From assembly GCA_965205215.1 (NCBI GenBank), contig OZ242041.1:1152001-1216000 (forward strand): DNA of 64,000 nucleotides. The letters run 5' to 3'. This stretch comes from Nitrosopumilus sp. Lineage in GTDB: Archaea > Thermoproteota > Nitrososphaeria > Nitrososphaerales > Nitrosopumilaceae. The notes beneath the pieces were generated by a model. That model made no database searches. It was not told the origin of the DNA and saw only the letters and a list, made by a program, of their open reading frames with translations. Both the position numbers and the translations under genes were made by a program. Position 1 is the stretch's first letter. Each line of letters starts with the position of its first letter. This document shows positions 24,019 through 33,825 of this stretch, piece after piece.

Positions 24019-24204
24019 GTGGGAATAAGAAGCGTCGGCCGGTTCTTTCTCTTCATTGCAGGCGGCATCGCCGTAATTATAGTGGGTTTTTTCATGTTGA
24101 GGGGAAACATGAGAATGTGGGACAGGTCCAAGCCGGATGCCGGCGATGATGATGATGATAATGATGCAGCCGCTACCACTACTGCTGCTGCTGATGACGA
24201 TTAG
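24019..24204 (+). CDS. Small single-TM protein with acidic tail
   Basis: FFLFIAGGIAVIIVGFFML helix, then D/A/T-rich tail; start uncertain. Confidence 0.45.
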   Translation: MGIRSVGRFFLFIAGGIAVIIVGFFMLRGNMRMWDRSKPDAGDDDDDNDAAATTTAAADDD

Positions 24205-24394
24205 GGCGATGATTCTGGTGGTGACGTCGATGGTGGCGCCGGTAATGGCAGCGGCAAGTCGATTGAGTAAAGGGAAGATGCGCCGGTTTACGGCATTGGT
24301 TCCAAGGCGGCAGGCGGTATTAGCGCGCTGATTGGAGCGTGCAATGTGCCTTTTGTGACAAAACCCCTAAAAGAGAACGCCGCATATTATAGTA

Positions 24395-24700
24395 ATGCGG
24401 CTTGATTCGGCGGCGCGGAGATCCCTTGACTCGTACGTGCAGCGGCGCATACTGGAGATACCGGGCGAGATCAGGCAGTCTTTTCCGAGCGCGGGGCGCA
24501 TATGGAAGTGCGGCAGCGAGCCTGACTTTCTGTATGGATACTACATTGGCAAGATAGAGGAGGGCTCGCTGCGGTACCTGCTAAAGGCCACTAGGGCGCC
24601 GGGGGGCGGATACTTGGACATGTTTGAGATCCGGGGGGTGATAGAGTCGCACCGGGTGGAGATCAGGGCCGCCGTCGACTCGGCCTTGACAGTGAGGTAA
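24395..24700 (+). CDS. Hypothetical protein
   Basis: Globular composition (DFLYGYYIGKIEEG), AT-rich promoter-like sequence upstream. Confidence 0.7.
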   Translation: MRLDSAARRSLDSYVQRRILEIPGEIRQSFPSAGRIWKCGSEPDFLYGYYIGKIEEGSLRYLLKATRAPGGGYLDMFEIRGVIESHRVEIRAAVDSALTVR

Positions 24701-24727
24701 AAATACAAGCACGTGCAACCGTGCCGT

Positions 24728-24901
24728 ATGGTGGGACCGCAGGACGGAGGATTTGGATTCGACCAGTCCCGCAAGTACAGCAGCGTCGACAACCTAGATG
24801 AGATCTGCGTGCAGTGCCAGGCGGGCCAGCACAAGCGCTGCCTCAAAAAGGCGGGCCAGCAAGAAGTATGCGAATGCGAGCAGTGCATGATATTTGGCTG
24901 A
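24728..24901 (+). CDS. Small Cys-rich metal-binding protein
   Basis: CVQC..H..C..CECEQC; ORF open from GTG 24713. Confidence 0.65.
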   Translation: MVGPQDGGFGFDQSRKYSSVDNLDEICVQCQAGQHKRCLKKAGQQEVCECEQCMIFG

Positions 24902-25211
24902 TCCGGAACCTGCATTCCTTGCGCGGCCGGGATGTCCCATGCGCAGTGCGGCCAGAGGCCACGGCACGTTCCGCTGCCGCCGGTGATTCCGACAACCGTG
25001 GTAATCCCGGGCAGCCGACTGGGCCAAAAGGAACGTGCTAAAATGCGCCGTGCCGCGTGACAGGGGATCAGGGTGAAAAGTAACCGTCGTCACATTTTTC
25101 CTCCCTCCACTTTTGGCGCAAGCGTACGCCGCCTGTGGTGACAGCAGAACTGCGCGGAAACTAACGAGTTACGGCTCTGTCTAGTTTCATGCTTTAATAC
25201 TATGGAACCGC

Positions 25212-25391
25212 ATGTATCTCGTGCCAGACGACCAAGCGCGCGCCCAGAGCACGCAGCGGGCCGCATCCCCCTACGTGTTTGAATGCACGTTCTGCGGCAA
25301 GGTCTTTGGCTCTGACGTGATGGGACTGGCCCTTCACATAGGCCGCGCCCACGATCGTACGCGTACGCACCGGCGGCGAGCCTCGGGATAA
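25212..25391 (+). CDS. 59-aa C2H2-type zinc-finger microprotein (not in ORF track)
   Basis: FECTFCGKVFGSDVMGLALHIGRAH; TTTAATA upstream. Confidence 0.65.
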   Translation: MYLVPDDQARAQSTQRAASPYVFECTFCGKVFGSDVMGLALHIGRAHDRTRTHRRRASG

Positions 25392-25454
25392 TCTCTGAAA
25401 ATGCGACGGGCTATTTGCCGCAAGTCGTAGAGCGGGCGCGTAAAACTCCTGCAG

Positions 25455-25994
25455 TCATGGAGCGTCTGGCGCGGCCGGAGAGGCTGCGCCGGTACCGCCG
25501 CCGTTTCTTGCCCCTAGAATCTTGTCTATCTCGTTTACTGCAACGCCGTCCCTTCCTATGGTGTCGAATTTCTGCAGTATGTCCTCAAACTGAGCCTCCT
25601 CGTGCACCTGCTCCTTTACAAACCAGCTCAAAAAGTCAAACGTGGCATAGTCACCGCCCTTTTGTGCGGCCTGGGCCATCTTGTGTATGGCCTTTGTGAC
25701 GGCCTGCTCGTTTTTGAGGGCCGCCTTGACCAGATCCTCGACTGATTTGAACGACGCTACGGACGGCTTGTCGATCTTTGGGATGACGGCCCCCGCACCT
25801 ATGGTGTTCATGTAGTTGACTATTCTCAGCATGTGGCCCCGCTCCTCGGCCGACTGGGCGTAGAAGTAGGATGCGGTCCCCGGATATCCTGCAAGCTCCG
25901 CCCACGAGGCCATTGCCAGGTATGAGTGGGATGCGGCCGCCTCGAGAGCAACCTGATCGTCGAGCTGCTTTTTCATTGCCGGCGATATTTTCAT
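25455..25994 (-). CDS. ftn: Ferritin
   Basis: QVALE..YLAMASW, EERGH, NEQAVT, FLSWFVKEQVHEE ferroxidase residues. Confidence 0.93.
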   Translation of the reverse strand: MKISPAMKKQLDDQVALEAAASHSYLAMASWAELAGYPGTASYFYAQSAEERGHMLRIVNYMNTIGAGAVIPKIDKPSVASFKSVEDLVKAALKNEQAVTKAIHKMAQAAQKGGDYATFDFLSWFVKEQVHEEAQFEDILQKFDTIGRDGVAVNEIDKILGARNGGGTGAASPAAPDAP

Positions 25995-26226
25995 AGATGT
26001 GCCACTTGTCACGTCGATAAAAAGGATTCGAAGGGGTAACCTCGTATCCAAGCTAAGGCAGGGCTCTGCAGTAAAACGGCTGTTTCTGAGTGATGGTGCG
26101 GCGTTCTTTTATGATGCTGTGCACACTGCAGGCATAGGCCAGCCCTGTGGCAACACGCAAGGTTCGTGGCACTGCCCCGCCCAATGGTCGGTAACGAATA
26201 TCATGCGGCCTTTTTTTATTTTCACC

Positions 26227-26505
26227 ATGAAAAGCAAAAGGCTGCTTTTTGCAGGTTTGGCACCAATGTCAGTAGGCATAGCATTGTCATTACGGCCATA
26301 CAATCCTGAACGGTTCAGAACCGTTCACGAGTTTACAGTGCAGTGCCATATGCGTTCGGAGCATTTTCTTGAGGCTTTTGGAGGAACGCTTGCGGAGGCT
26401 GATTGGTGCCTTCACAATACCGGTTTGTCTGTGCTGCTCTATGCAGTTATTGGCTTGGGGTGTTTTCTAGTTTACAGGTCTAGATTGATCAACCCAAAGC
26501 ACTAA
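26227..26505 (+). CDS. Orphan two-TM protein in an AT-richer patch
   Basis: N- and C-terminal hydrophobic helices; composition differs from flanks. Confidence 0.45.
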   Translation: MKSKRLLFAGLAPMSVGIALSLRPYNPERFRTVHEFTVQCHMRSEHFLEAFGGTLAEADWCLHNTGLSVLLYAVIGLGCFLVYRSRLINPKH

Positions 26506-26627
26506 CAGCATGTCAGATGTCATACCCGTGGGGGAAGATGCTTGCTGCGTCTTGTATGGTGATCTTCCATTTGTTGCTGCCTGCCATCCTGGCGCGCGCC
26601 CGCGGCCCCGCCCCCCTCGGCACCCGG

Positions 26628-27311
26628 CTACAGGTCCTCGAGGTTGTCTTTGAGGTTTGAGCTTGACACGTCGGGCATCGGCGACTCTATCCTGACTATC
26701 TCCACGTCAAGCCCCAGTTTTCTGCAGCCGTTCTCGATGTCCTCCTTTCTGTGCGCCTGGTCGTATCCGAGCGCTATGATGTCGGGCCTTATCGCCCTCA
26801 CGGTGTCAAAGATGCTCCCCTCCGCCCCGATGACGCACGCGTCCACCGTCCTGATCATGCTTACGAGGTACTGGCGTATGTCCTCGGCATGGCGCAGCGG
26901 GGCTTTCCTCTTGCTCCTTCTTGCCGTGCTGTCGGATGCGACCACAACCACCAGCATGTCGCCTAGGGATCTTGCCGCTTCTAGCATGTGCACGTGGCCG
27001 TGGTGTATGATGTCGAACACGCCCCCGGTGAGCACCACCGTGAGGGCGGCGCGGCCGCCCGCCGTCACCCTTGCGTCCTCCGTTATGAGGCCCCGCCGCA
27101 CCAGGCTCTTGATGCGCTCCTCTGTCTCCGACTCTGAAAAGATCTCTGACATTGCATAGCGTGGGTCTGTCATTGTCATGCTACACGCGTGTATGATGCG
27201 CAGCGTGCTCTTGTCATCACGGCTGATCTCGGATTTTTGTCCTGTGTCGGTGCGCGGTTCCGGCCCCGCAGTTTTGTAATGCTGCTTGTCATCATCCGAT
27301 GACTGTTTCAT
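26628..27311 (-). CDS. ribL: Cytidylyltransferase-family FAD synthetase with N-terminal extension
   Basis: GGVFDIIHHGH, LVVVVASD, RPDIIALGYDQ, SSS. Confidence 0.8.
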   Translation of the reverse strand: MKQSSDDDKQHYKTAGPEPRTDTGQKSEISRDDKSTLRIIHACSMTMTDPRYAMSEIFSESETEERIKSLVRRGLITEDARVTAGGRAALTVVLTGGVFDIIHHGHVHMLEAARSLGDMLVVVVASDSTARRSKRKAPLRHAEDIRQYLVSMIRTVDACVIGAEGSIFDTVRAIRPDIIALGYDQAHRKEDIENGCRKLGLDVEIVRIESPMPDVSSSNLKDNLEDL

Positions 27312-27662
27312 CGCAGTGCGGAGTCACGCATCCAATAAATAGCTTCATGGCTCTGCCGCCGTTTCTGGGTGGCTCCGCGCGTATGGCGCGTTTTGGCAGG
27401 ATCCTAAATATACACATACATTTTGCATGAATCATGTGGGTAGCTCGCGTGCGGGCCTGCCGTTACTCGCGCATGCCGCGGGGGTGGCGTCTGCGCCCTG
27501 TCAAGGATATACGCGCGCGGCAACGGTACCTTTGCAATGAGAGGACAGCGGCAGTCGGCCCCGGCCCCGGTTCGGCCGTTGACTCAACCCCAAAGGTAAT
27601 AACCCGCGCCGTTGCAGGCAGCGCTGGGTGCCGATGATGGAATCGGAAAAGCCTTCTGAGGC

Positions 27663-28466
27663 ATGATGAGGATTATGAGTGATGAGGCACCTCTCTCAAC
27701 GGATGCGCACCGCCCCCTGCCCCGCACGCGCGCGCCGCCTGATTCGGGCCGCGCACCCGAGAAAGGGCTGAGGCTGGCGTCCATGTTCTCCGGCGGCAAG
27801 GACAGCGCGTATGCCGCGTACGATGCGCAGGCGCAGGGACACGAGGTCGCGTGCCTCGTGTCGGCGTTTGCCAAATCCGAGGAGAGCATGCTGCTGCACA
27901 GCCCGAACATCCGGTGGGTGGGGCTGCAGGCCGAGGCCATGCGCGGCGCGCCGCCCCTGCTGTCCCTGGAGGTCGGATCCGATGACACGCAGCGGGAGCT
28001 GGACGCTCTAATGCTGCTGCTGCGGAGGGCAAAGCGCGAGCACGGCGTGCAGGGCGTGGTGCACGGCGGCATCAGGAGCGAGTTTCAGAGGTCGAGGTTT
28101 GCCAAGGTCTGCGACGCGCTGGGGCTCGCGGTAGTCTCACCGTTGTGGATGCGCGAGCCGGCCGGGCAGTACATGCGCCGCGTGCTGGACGCGGGGTTCG
28201 CGGCCATAATAACCGCCGTCTCGGCAGGCGGGCTTGACGGCTCGTGGCTGGGGCGGAGCATCACCCCGGACTCACTTGCCGAGCTGCACGCCCTGTCTGA
28301 AAGGCACGGCTTTGCGCTCGACTTTGAGGGCGGCGAGGCCGAGACGTTCGTTCTGGACTGCCCGCTGTTTGAGAGTCCCATCGAGATACTCGACTATGAC
28401 ACGGTCTGGGACGGGTACAGAGGAAGGTTTGAAATATTGGACGCGAGGATAATGCGCCATGCTTGA
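27663..28466 (+). CDS. dph6: Diphthine--ammonia ligase
   Basis: FSGGKDS, HGGIRSEFQ, SPLW, EGGEAETFVLDCPLF. Confidence 0.9.
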   Translation: MMRIMSDEAPLSTDAHRPLPRTRAPPDSGRAPEKGLRLASMFSGGKDSAYAAYDAQAQGHEVACLVSAFAKSEESMLLHSPNIRWVGLQAEAMRGAPPLLSLEVGSDDTQRELDALMLLLRRAKREHGVQGVVHGGIRSEFQRSRFAKVCDALGLAVVSPLWMREPAGQYMRRVLDAGFAAIITAVSAGGLDGSWLGRSITPDSLAELHALSERHGFALDFEGGEAETFVLDCPLFESPIEILDYDTVWDGYRGRFEILDARIMRHA

Positions 28467-29793
28467 CGGGCTAAAGGAGAACTTGGGGGCTGCCCTCAAA
28501 AAGGTGCTAAGGTCCTCCACCGTGGACAAGGAGCTGATAGACGAGCTTGCCAAGGACGTGCAGAGGGCGCTCATACAGTCCGACGTCAAAGTGGGGCTCA
28601 TACTGGAGGTGACAGAGCGGCTCAAGGAGCGCGCGCTGGGCGAGGATCTCCCGCCCGGATTCTCAAGGAAGAACCACCTCGTAAAGATACTGCACGACGA
28701 GCTGGCGGGCCTTCTGGGCGGGGACTCGGAGTTTGAGTTCCAGTCCGGCAAACAGAACAAGGTGCTGCTGCTTGGAATACAGGGGAGCGGCAAGACCACG
28801 ATTGCCTCGAAGCTGTCCCGGCTGCTGACGCGGCAGGGCTACAAGGTGGGGGTGATCGGGGCCGACACGTACAGACCGGGCGCGCTCGTGCAGCTGCGCA
28901 CGATGTGCGAGAAGGCGGGAGTCGAGGTGTACGGCGAGGAGAAGAACGACGACGCGGTCGCGGTGGTCGGGAACGGGCTGCGGCACTTTGAGCGGGAGCC
29001 GCTTGACATCATATTGATTGATACGGCGGGCCGCCACAAGCAGGAGCAGGACCTGCTTGACGAGATGAGCCGCATAGGCGCGGTCGCGTCGCCGGACATG
29101 GCGATGCTTGTCATAGACGGCACGATAGGGCAGCAGTGCTTTGGGCAGGCGGAGGCGTTTCACAAGGCGATACCCGTGGGCGGCATCATAATCACCAAGA
29201 TGGACAGCTCTGCCAAGGGGGGCGGGGCCCTCGCCGCCGCGGCCGCGACCGGGGCCCACGTGATGTACATCGGGACCGGTGAGCGCATAGACGATCTTGA
29301 AAAGTTCTCCTCATCGGGCTTTGTCGGCAGGCTGCTTGGGATCGGGGACGTGCAGGCCATTCTGGAACACTTCAAGCGCATAGAGGACGAGTCTGACGAG
29401 GTCAGGATGAAGCGGATAATGGGGGGCAAGATGAACATGGAGGATTACTTTTACCAGCTCGAGGAATTCACAAAGTCCGGCTCCATGCGGGGCATGCTTG
29501 AGAACCTGCCCGGATTCTCCGGGGCCGGCCCGGATCAGCTCGACAAGGTGGACAAGCTGGAGGAGAACATCGAGAGGTGGAGGTACATCATGCAGAGCAT
29601 GACCCCCGCCGAAAAGGCCGATCCGGATCTGATAAAGAATGCGTCCCGGACGCAGCGCATAGCTCGCGGATCCGGGAGGCCTGACTCGGAGGTGAAGAAC
29701 CTCCTCAAGACGTACAAAACGTCAAAGAACATGATGAAGGCCGCCAAGGGGCGCGCCATGCGCGACATGCTCAAGCGGATGGGGATTGGGTAG
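28459..29793 (+). CDS. srp54: Signal recognition particle protein SRP54
   Basis: [26 protein letters not shown], Met-rich M domain. Confidence 0.96.
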   Translation: MLDGLKENLGAALKKVLRSSTVDKELIDELAKDVQRALIQSDVKVGLILEVTERLKERALGEDLPPGFSRKNHLVKILHDELAGLLGGDSEFEFQSGKQNKVLLLGIQGSGKTTIASKLSRLLTRQGYKVGVIGADTYRPGALVQLRTMCEKAGVEVYGEEKNDDAVAVVGNGLRHFEREPLDIILIDTAGRHKQEQDLLDEMSRIGAVASPDMAMLVIDGTIGQQCFGQAEAFHKAIPVGGIIITKMDSSAKGGGALAAAAATGAHVMYIGTGERIDDLEKFSSSGFVGRLLGIGDVQAILEHFKRIEDESDEVRMKRIMGGKMNMEDYFYQLEEFTKSGSMRGMLENLPGFSGAGPDQLDKVDKLEENIERWRYIMQSMTPAEKADPDLIKNASRTQRIARGSGRPDSEVKNLLKTYKTSKNMMKAAKGRAMRDMLKRMGIG

Positions 29794-29935
29794 CGGTGCG
29801 TATTGTCGCAAGCGGGGGCCGGCGGGACAGGGGCTGGGGTAACAGCAGCAGCAGCAACCGCAGCCGCAGCCGCAACAGCGTCGGCGGCATCAGAGTACAT
29901 GATGCTGAAAAGTACCTGCGGAGGCAGCGCGCGGC

Positions 29936-31288
29936 GTGAAGCCCGACGTGCCCGACCCGCGGGATGCCGCCCGCTCAAAGGCGTCCGTACTGCTTGGCAG
30001 GCATGCCCTGTGCGATCACTGCCTTGGCAGGCTCTTTGCAAGGGGCCCCGGGCTGGCATCATACGAGCCGTCCGGCAGGAGGCTGCGCGGCTCGCTAGAG
30101 GCCGTAGCAGACGGCCCCTCCGCCCAGTGCTATGTCTGCCGCGGGCTCTTTGACAGTCTGCCGGACATGCTTGACCTGATGGAAACGACCGTTGCAGAGT
30201 ACGAGTTTGACACTTTTGCCGTGGGGGCCACGATCAAGCCCTCCATTCTCGACAGGGACGACCACGTGCGTTCCGTGTACAGGCTGCAGGGATCCGACTG
30301 CATAAAGACGGGGCTCGTAAGGGAGCTCGGAGGCCGGTTTGCCAGGATGACGCGCCGCCGGCAAGACCGGCACGAGCCTGAGGTGCTGATCAAGGTGCAG
30401 CCCGCGGACCGGTACTGCGAGGTGAGCCCAAAGCCGGTCGCGGTCTTTGGAACGTACCTCAAGCAGAAGAGGGGCGTCCCGCAAAAACAAGAGGCGTGCA
30501 CCAGCTGCCTTGGCAGGGGGTGCTCGACGTGCGGGTTTCACGGAATACCCGCATGCGGGGAAAGCGTGGAGGGGCAGATATCGGACCTCCTGTTTGACCG
30601 GCTGGGGGGCAGAACGATCCGCTTTACCTGGATTGGCGGCGAGGACAGGGAGAGCCTGGTTGCAGGGCGCGGCAGGCCGTTTTACGCCCGCATACAGCGT
30701 CCAAAAAGGAGGCGCGTACGGATATCCCGGAGCGTGCCGCTCGGTCACGGCGTTCTGGTAAGCCGACTGCGAGATGTCGCCGCGTCCGATGCGGGGCCCC
30801 TGGCCTTCTCGTCGCGCGCAAGGATACAGGTCAGGATGACGCCTCGCGCGTTTGTAGAAACTGAGAACGATGCCGCCGCCGACGGCAGCTACAACGACGA
30901 CCCCGGCAGTGGGGGCGGCGATGAGGGCGGCGCCGGTGCAGGCCCACCGGCCTCCACTCCTGTCGCACCCGACGCGGCCGGCCCGTCCCTGCTTCGGAGG
31001 CTGAGGCGACTTGCCGACCTCCCGCTGATGATCCGCACCAAGAACGGCCGCGAAGCCGTAAAGTCCATAACGCGCCTCACATACAGGAAGAAGGGGACGG
31101 ATTCGTTTGTAGTAACGGCCGACCTGGACGGGGGGATTCCCATAAAACGGCTGGTTACGGGGGACGGGGTCCGGCCCAGCATATCCGAGGTGCTGGGCGT
31201 TCAGTGCGAGTGCGTGCTGTTTGACTTTGAGGACGTGTGGCTGCGTGACGGCCCCGCGGACACCCCTTCAGGCGCACGCGACGCCTGA
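29936..31288 (+). CDS. pus10: tRNA pseudouridine synthase Pus10
   Basis: LCDHCLGR, CYVC, YLKQKRGVPQ, GGED..GRGRPF, GGIPIKRLVTGDGVRPSISEVLG. Confidence 0.85.
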   Translation: MKPDVPDPRDAARSKASVLLGRHALCDHCLGRLFARGPGLASYEPSGRRLRGSLEAVADGPSAQCYVCRGLFDSLPDMLDLMETTVAEYEFDTFAVGATIKPSILDRDDHVRSVYRLQGSDCIKTGLVRELGGRFARMTRRRQDRHEPEVLIKVQPADRYCEVSPKPVAVFGTYLKQKRGVPQKQEACTSCLGRGCSTCGFHGIPACGESVEGQISDLLFDRLGGRTIRFTWIGGEDRESLVAGRGRPFYARIQRPKRRRVRISRSVPLGHGVLVSRLRDVAASDAGPLAFSSRARIQVRMTPRAFVETENDAAADGSYNDDPGSGGGDEGGAGAGPPASTPVAPDAAGPSLLRRLRRLADLPLMIRTKNGREAVKSITRLTYRKKGTDSFVVTADLDGGIPIKRLVTGDGVRPSISEVLGVQCECVLFDFEDVWLRDGPADTPSGARDA

Positions 31289-31371
31289 CTGACACCTGAC
31301 GGCGGCGCCTGCACGGATCCTGCTTGGCGCGCAATGGCAACAATTAACTGTCGGACATCCTGGCGCAGTGC

Positions 31372-31464
31372 ATGACAAAGAGGAAACGCGGCAAGCACCA
31401 GAGGCACGCGGACCAGATGGCCGCCACGCGCAGGAGAAAAACGTCCGGCAAGCCAAAGGCCTGA
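31372..31464 (+). CDS. 30-aa highly basic microprotein (not in ORF track)
   Basis: MTKRKRGKHQRHADQMAATRRRKTSGKPKA; CAATTAA ~25-30 nt upstream. Confidence 0.5.
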   Translation: MTKRKRGKHQRHADQMAATRRRKTSGKPKA

Positions 31465-31535
31465 CAATACGTGGGGCCCGTACGGCCGCTGCGCATGCAA
31501 GCTTTTTTACGTGCATCGCCGCTCTGCCACACAGT

Positions 31536-32239
31536 TGGACCCCCTACAGCGGCTAAGAGATGCGCACGGGACCGCGATGATTCCGGACGACATATTTGAG
31601 CTCGTGGCCAAGAGGTTCCCCATAGCAGTCGACGGGATAAACCGCATCGAGCGGGCCTCGCAGGCAAGGTTCCCCGTCGCATACGTGGAGCCGTCCGTTG
31701 TCATGACCCGCGCGGATCCGACCATAGGATACGGCATACTGTTTGCCAGGACCATACCCGTATGCTCCGGCGACAAGTTTGGGATCGTCATACAGATAAC
31801 GGCGCCACTGATCGCGTACGGCCTCAAGGGCACCATACACGCCGTGCTTGCGCACGAGTTCCTGCATTACCTGGAGCTCGTGTGGCGGGTCTCGCAGATG
31901 AGGATAACCTCCGACTATACGTCCTCGAGCCTGTTTGAGAACGTGTACAGCGACGAGTCCCGGCTGTTTGATCCGAGGGCCGTCTTTGATGACCGCACGC
32001 TGATCAGGCACATAACAAAGAGGTTTCCGGCGGGATTCAGGGATTACAAGCTCGAGGACAAGGTCTCAAAGTACTGGCAGTCCCGGCGCCTTCCAAGCAC
32101 CACGGTGGACATCGCTGAAAACAACGTAAAGATACCCGCCGAACTGCTTGCCACTGCAAGGTTTGACCCCGAACTGATTGCCACCGTGGAGCAGATACGC
32201 GAACGTAGTCTGAAGCTGCGCAGAAAGCGGCTCTACTAG
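31536..32239 (+). CDS. Hypothetical protein with HExxH (zincin-like) motif
   Basis: AVLAHEFLHY; TTG start estimated (ORF open from 31511). Confidence 0.75.
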
Positions 32240-32242
32240 CGC

Positions 32243-32419
32243 CTATTGCTTGAACTCGGTAAGCCCGCACTTGCCGCACGCGTGCCTGTCCTTGTGCTCT
32301 GACATGAATACGCCCTTGCCGCACCGGGAGCAGATCTTTTTTGTACGACTGAGGCTGTCGCCGTCCAACTTGTAATAACTGCTGATTCTGGGACTCGAGC
32401 CCTTCTTGCCGTCTCCCAT
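32243..32419 (-). CDS. rps27ae: 30S ribosomal protein S27ae (not in ORF track)
   Basis: YYKLDGDSLSRTKKICSRCGKGVFMSEHKDRHACGKCGLTEF; TAATG overlap with S24e. Confidence 0.93.
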   Translation of the reverse strand: MGDGKKGSSPRISSYYKLDGDSLSRTKKICSRCGKGVFMSEHKDRHACGKCGLTEFKQ

Positions 32420-32868
32420 TACGATGCAGCCTCCGCTTCCTTGCCGCCTGATGATTCGTCCGCAGAGGCCTCGGGCTCTGCATTACTGCCGTCCTGGGCC
32501 GCCCCTGACGAATCCTTTGCCTCTCCTTCTTCTTCTGAGGACGCGTCTCCTGCCGCCGCCGCCCCCTCTTCCTCTGCCTTTTTTGCCCTGCTTTTCTCAA
32601 GCCTTGCAAATATGGTGGGATTGACGTGCTTGCGCGCCAGGGACTCGTCGTCGTATACGTAAAACAGTCCCGTTATTGCAGGCCTCCCAACGTGGTTTCT
32701 GAGCCTCATCGGAATTACCGTCTTGCCGTCCAACCCGTACTCCTTTGAGACCATCTCCACTGCGTCCAACCTGCTGAGTTTGCCGCCAAGGCCCGCAAAG
32801 TCACATGTAATCTCGCGCCTTGAGAGCAGCGCGTTGCTGGTATCAGACACCTTGCCCACAACTGACAT
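32419..32868 (-). CDS. rps24e: 30S ribosomal protein S24e with acidic tail
   Basis: NALLSRREI..GLFYVYDD; conserved pairing with S27ae. Confidence 0.85.
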   Translation of the reverse strand: MSVVGKVSDTSNALLSRREITCDFAGLGGKLSRLDAVEMVSKEYGLDGKTVIPMRLRNHVGRPAITGLFYVYDDESLARKHVNPTIFARLEKSRAKKAEEEGAAAAGDASSEEEGEAKDSSGAAQDGSNAEPEASADESSGGKEAEAAS

Positions 32869-33146
32869 GTACCATGTGCCCCCGAGAGATTTCATATAAA
32901 CCTAAAGTCAGCGTGGGGGGGGGGGGAGGGAGTGTAGTAGGAGGGTAGTGAAAAACGCAGGGCTGGCAAACGGCGGTCAGCCAAACCCCGCCTTGGCAGT
33001 CGGTACCCGCGGGCTTGTAATCCCGCGGGCTCTTGCAGGCCGGCGCGTGCCTGTCGTCTGCAGGGTTGGGCCCTGCATGGCTGTGCATGCATGCATGCAT
33101 GTGTGCGTGCCCCAAGACAAGGAATTTATGAAAAGGGTTGTCGGCT

Positions 33147-33716
33147 ATGCGCATGGAGAGATACATGCTGCACCTCAAAAACGACGGAAAGTACGGCCCC
33201 CACGACTCCCGCAGGGTCGTGTACAGGGCCCGCGGACTGGGAACGCGGACAGGCGCCTCCGTACGCGTCGCAAGGATTGCAACCCAGTTCATAGAACTTG
33301 ACGTGTCAGTAGAGGCCGGACGCCTTGATGAGCTGGCGAGGGATCTGGCGCCGATCGGGCCCGTCAACAACGTACGGCACGTGGTAGAGGAGGAGATTGA
33401 AAAGGAGCAGGGCATAAGGGACGGCATATTCTACTTTAACAGCGAGCGGTTCTGGGAGAGCCACGAGGCGTTTGAGGGCGTCTGGAAAAAGTGCTTTGGC
33501 AGGGAAAAGGAGCTCGTGCAGGGGATCATACTGGTCGCAGTGGCCTTTGCGCACGGCCAGAGAAACGAGGCGCTGATAGGAATAAGGATGCTAAAGCGGG
33601 CCCTTGAAAAACTCGGGACGTCCCCCTCCAAGTATCATGCCATAGACGTGGACATGATCCGGGAGAGGGCCTCTGATATGCGCACAACGAAGAAACTGGC
33701 GCTGTTCGAGATATGA
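33147..33716 (+). CDS. DUF309 family protein
   Basis: YFNSERFWESHEAFEGVW..QGIILVAVAFAH. Confidence 0.85.
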   Translation: MRMERYMLHLKNDGKYGPHDSRRVVYRARGLGTRTGASVRVARIATQFIELDVSVEAGRLDELARDLAPIGPVNNVRHVVEEEIEKEQGIRDGIFYFNSERFWESHEAFEGVWKKCFGREKELVQGIILVAVAFAHGQRNEALIGIRMLKRALEKLGTSPSKYHAIDVDMIRERASDMRTTKKLALFEI

Positions 33717-33825
33717 CGCGCGCCCGCGGGCTGCAGGGCCCGTGCGCGCCCCGCACACCCGGAATATCAATAACTGCCGACGCGCCCGCGTGGGACGCGG
33801 CCGCCTGCTGCTCGCCGTACGGTTC

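Noticed and set aside
30620-30685. Pus10 inactivated (GGED instead of GRED)
   Set aside because: The catalytic Asp is retained and the variant may be lineage-typical; cannot be judged without an alignment
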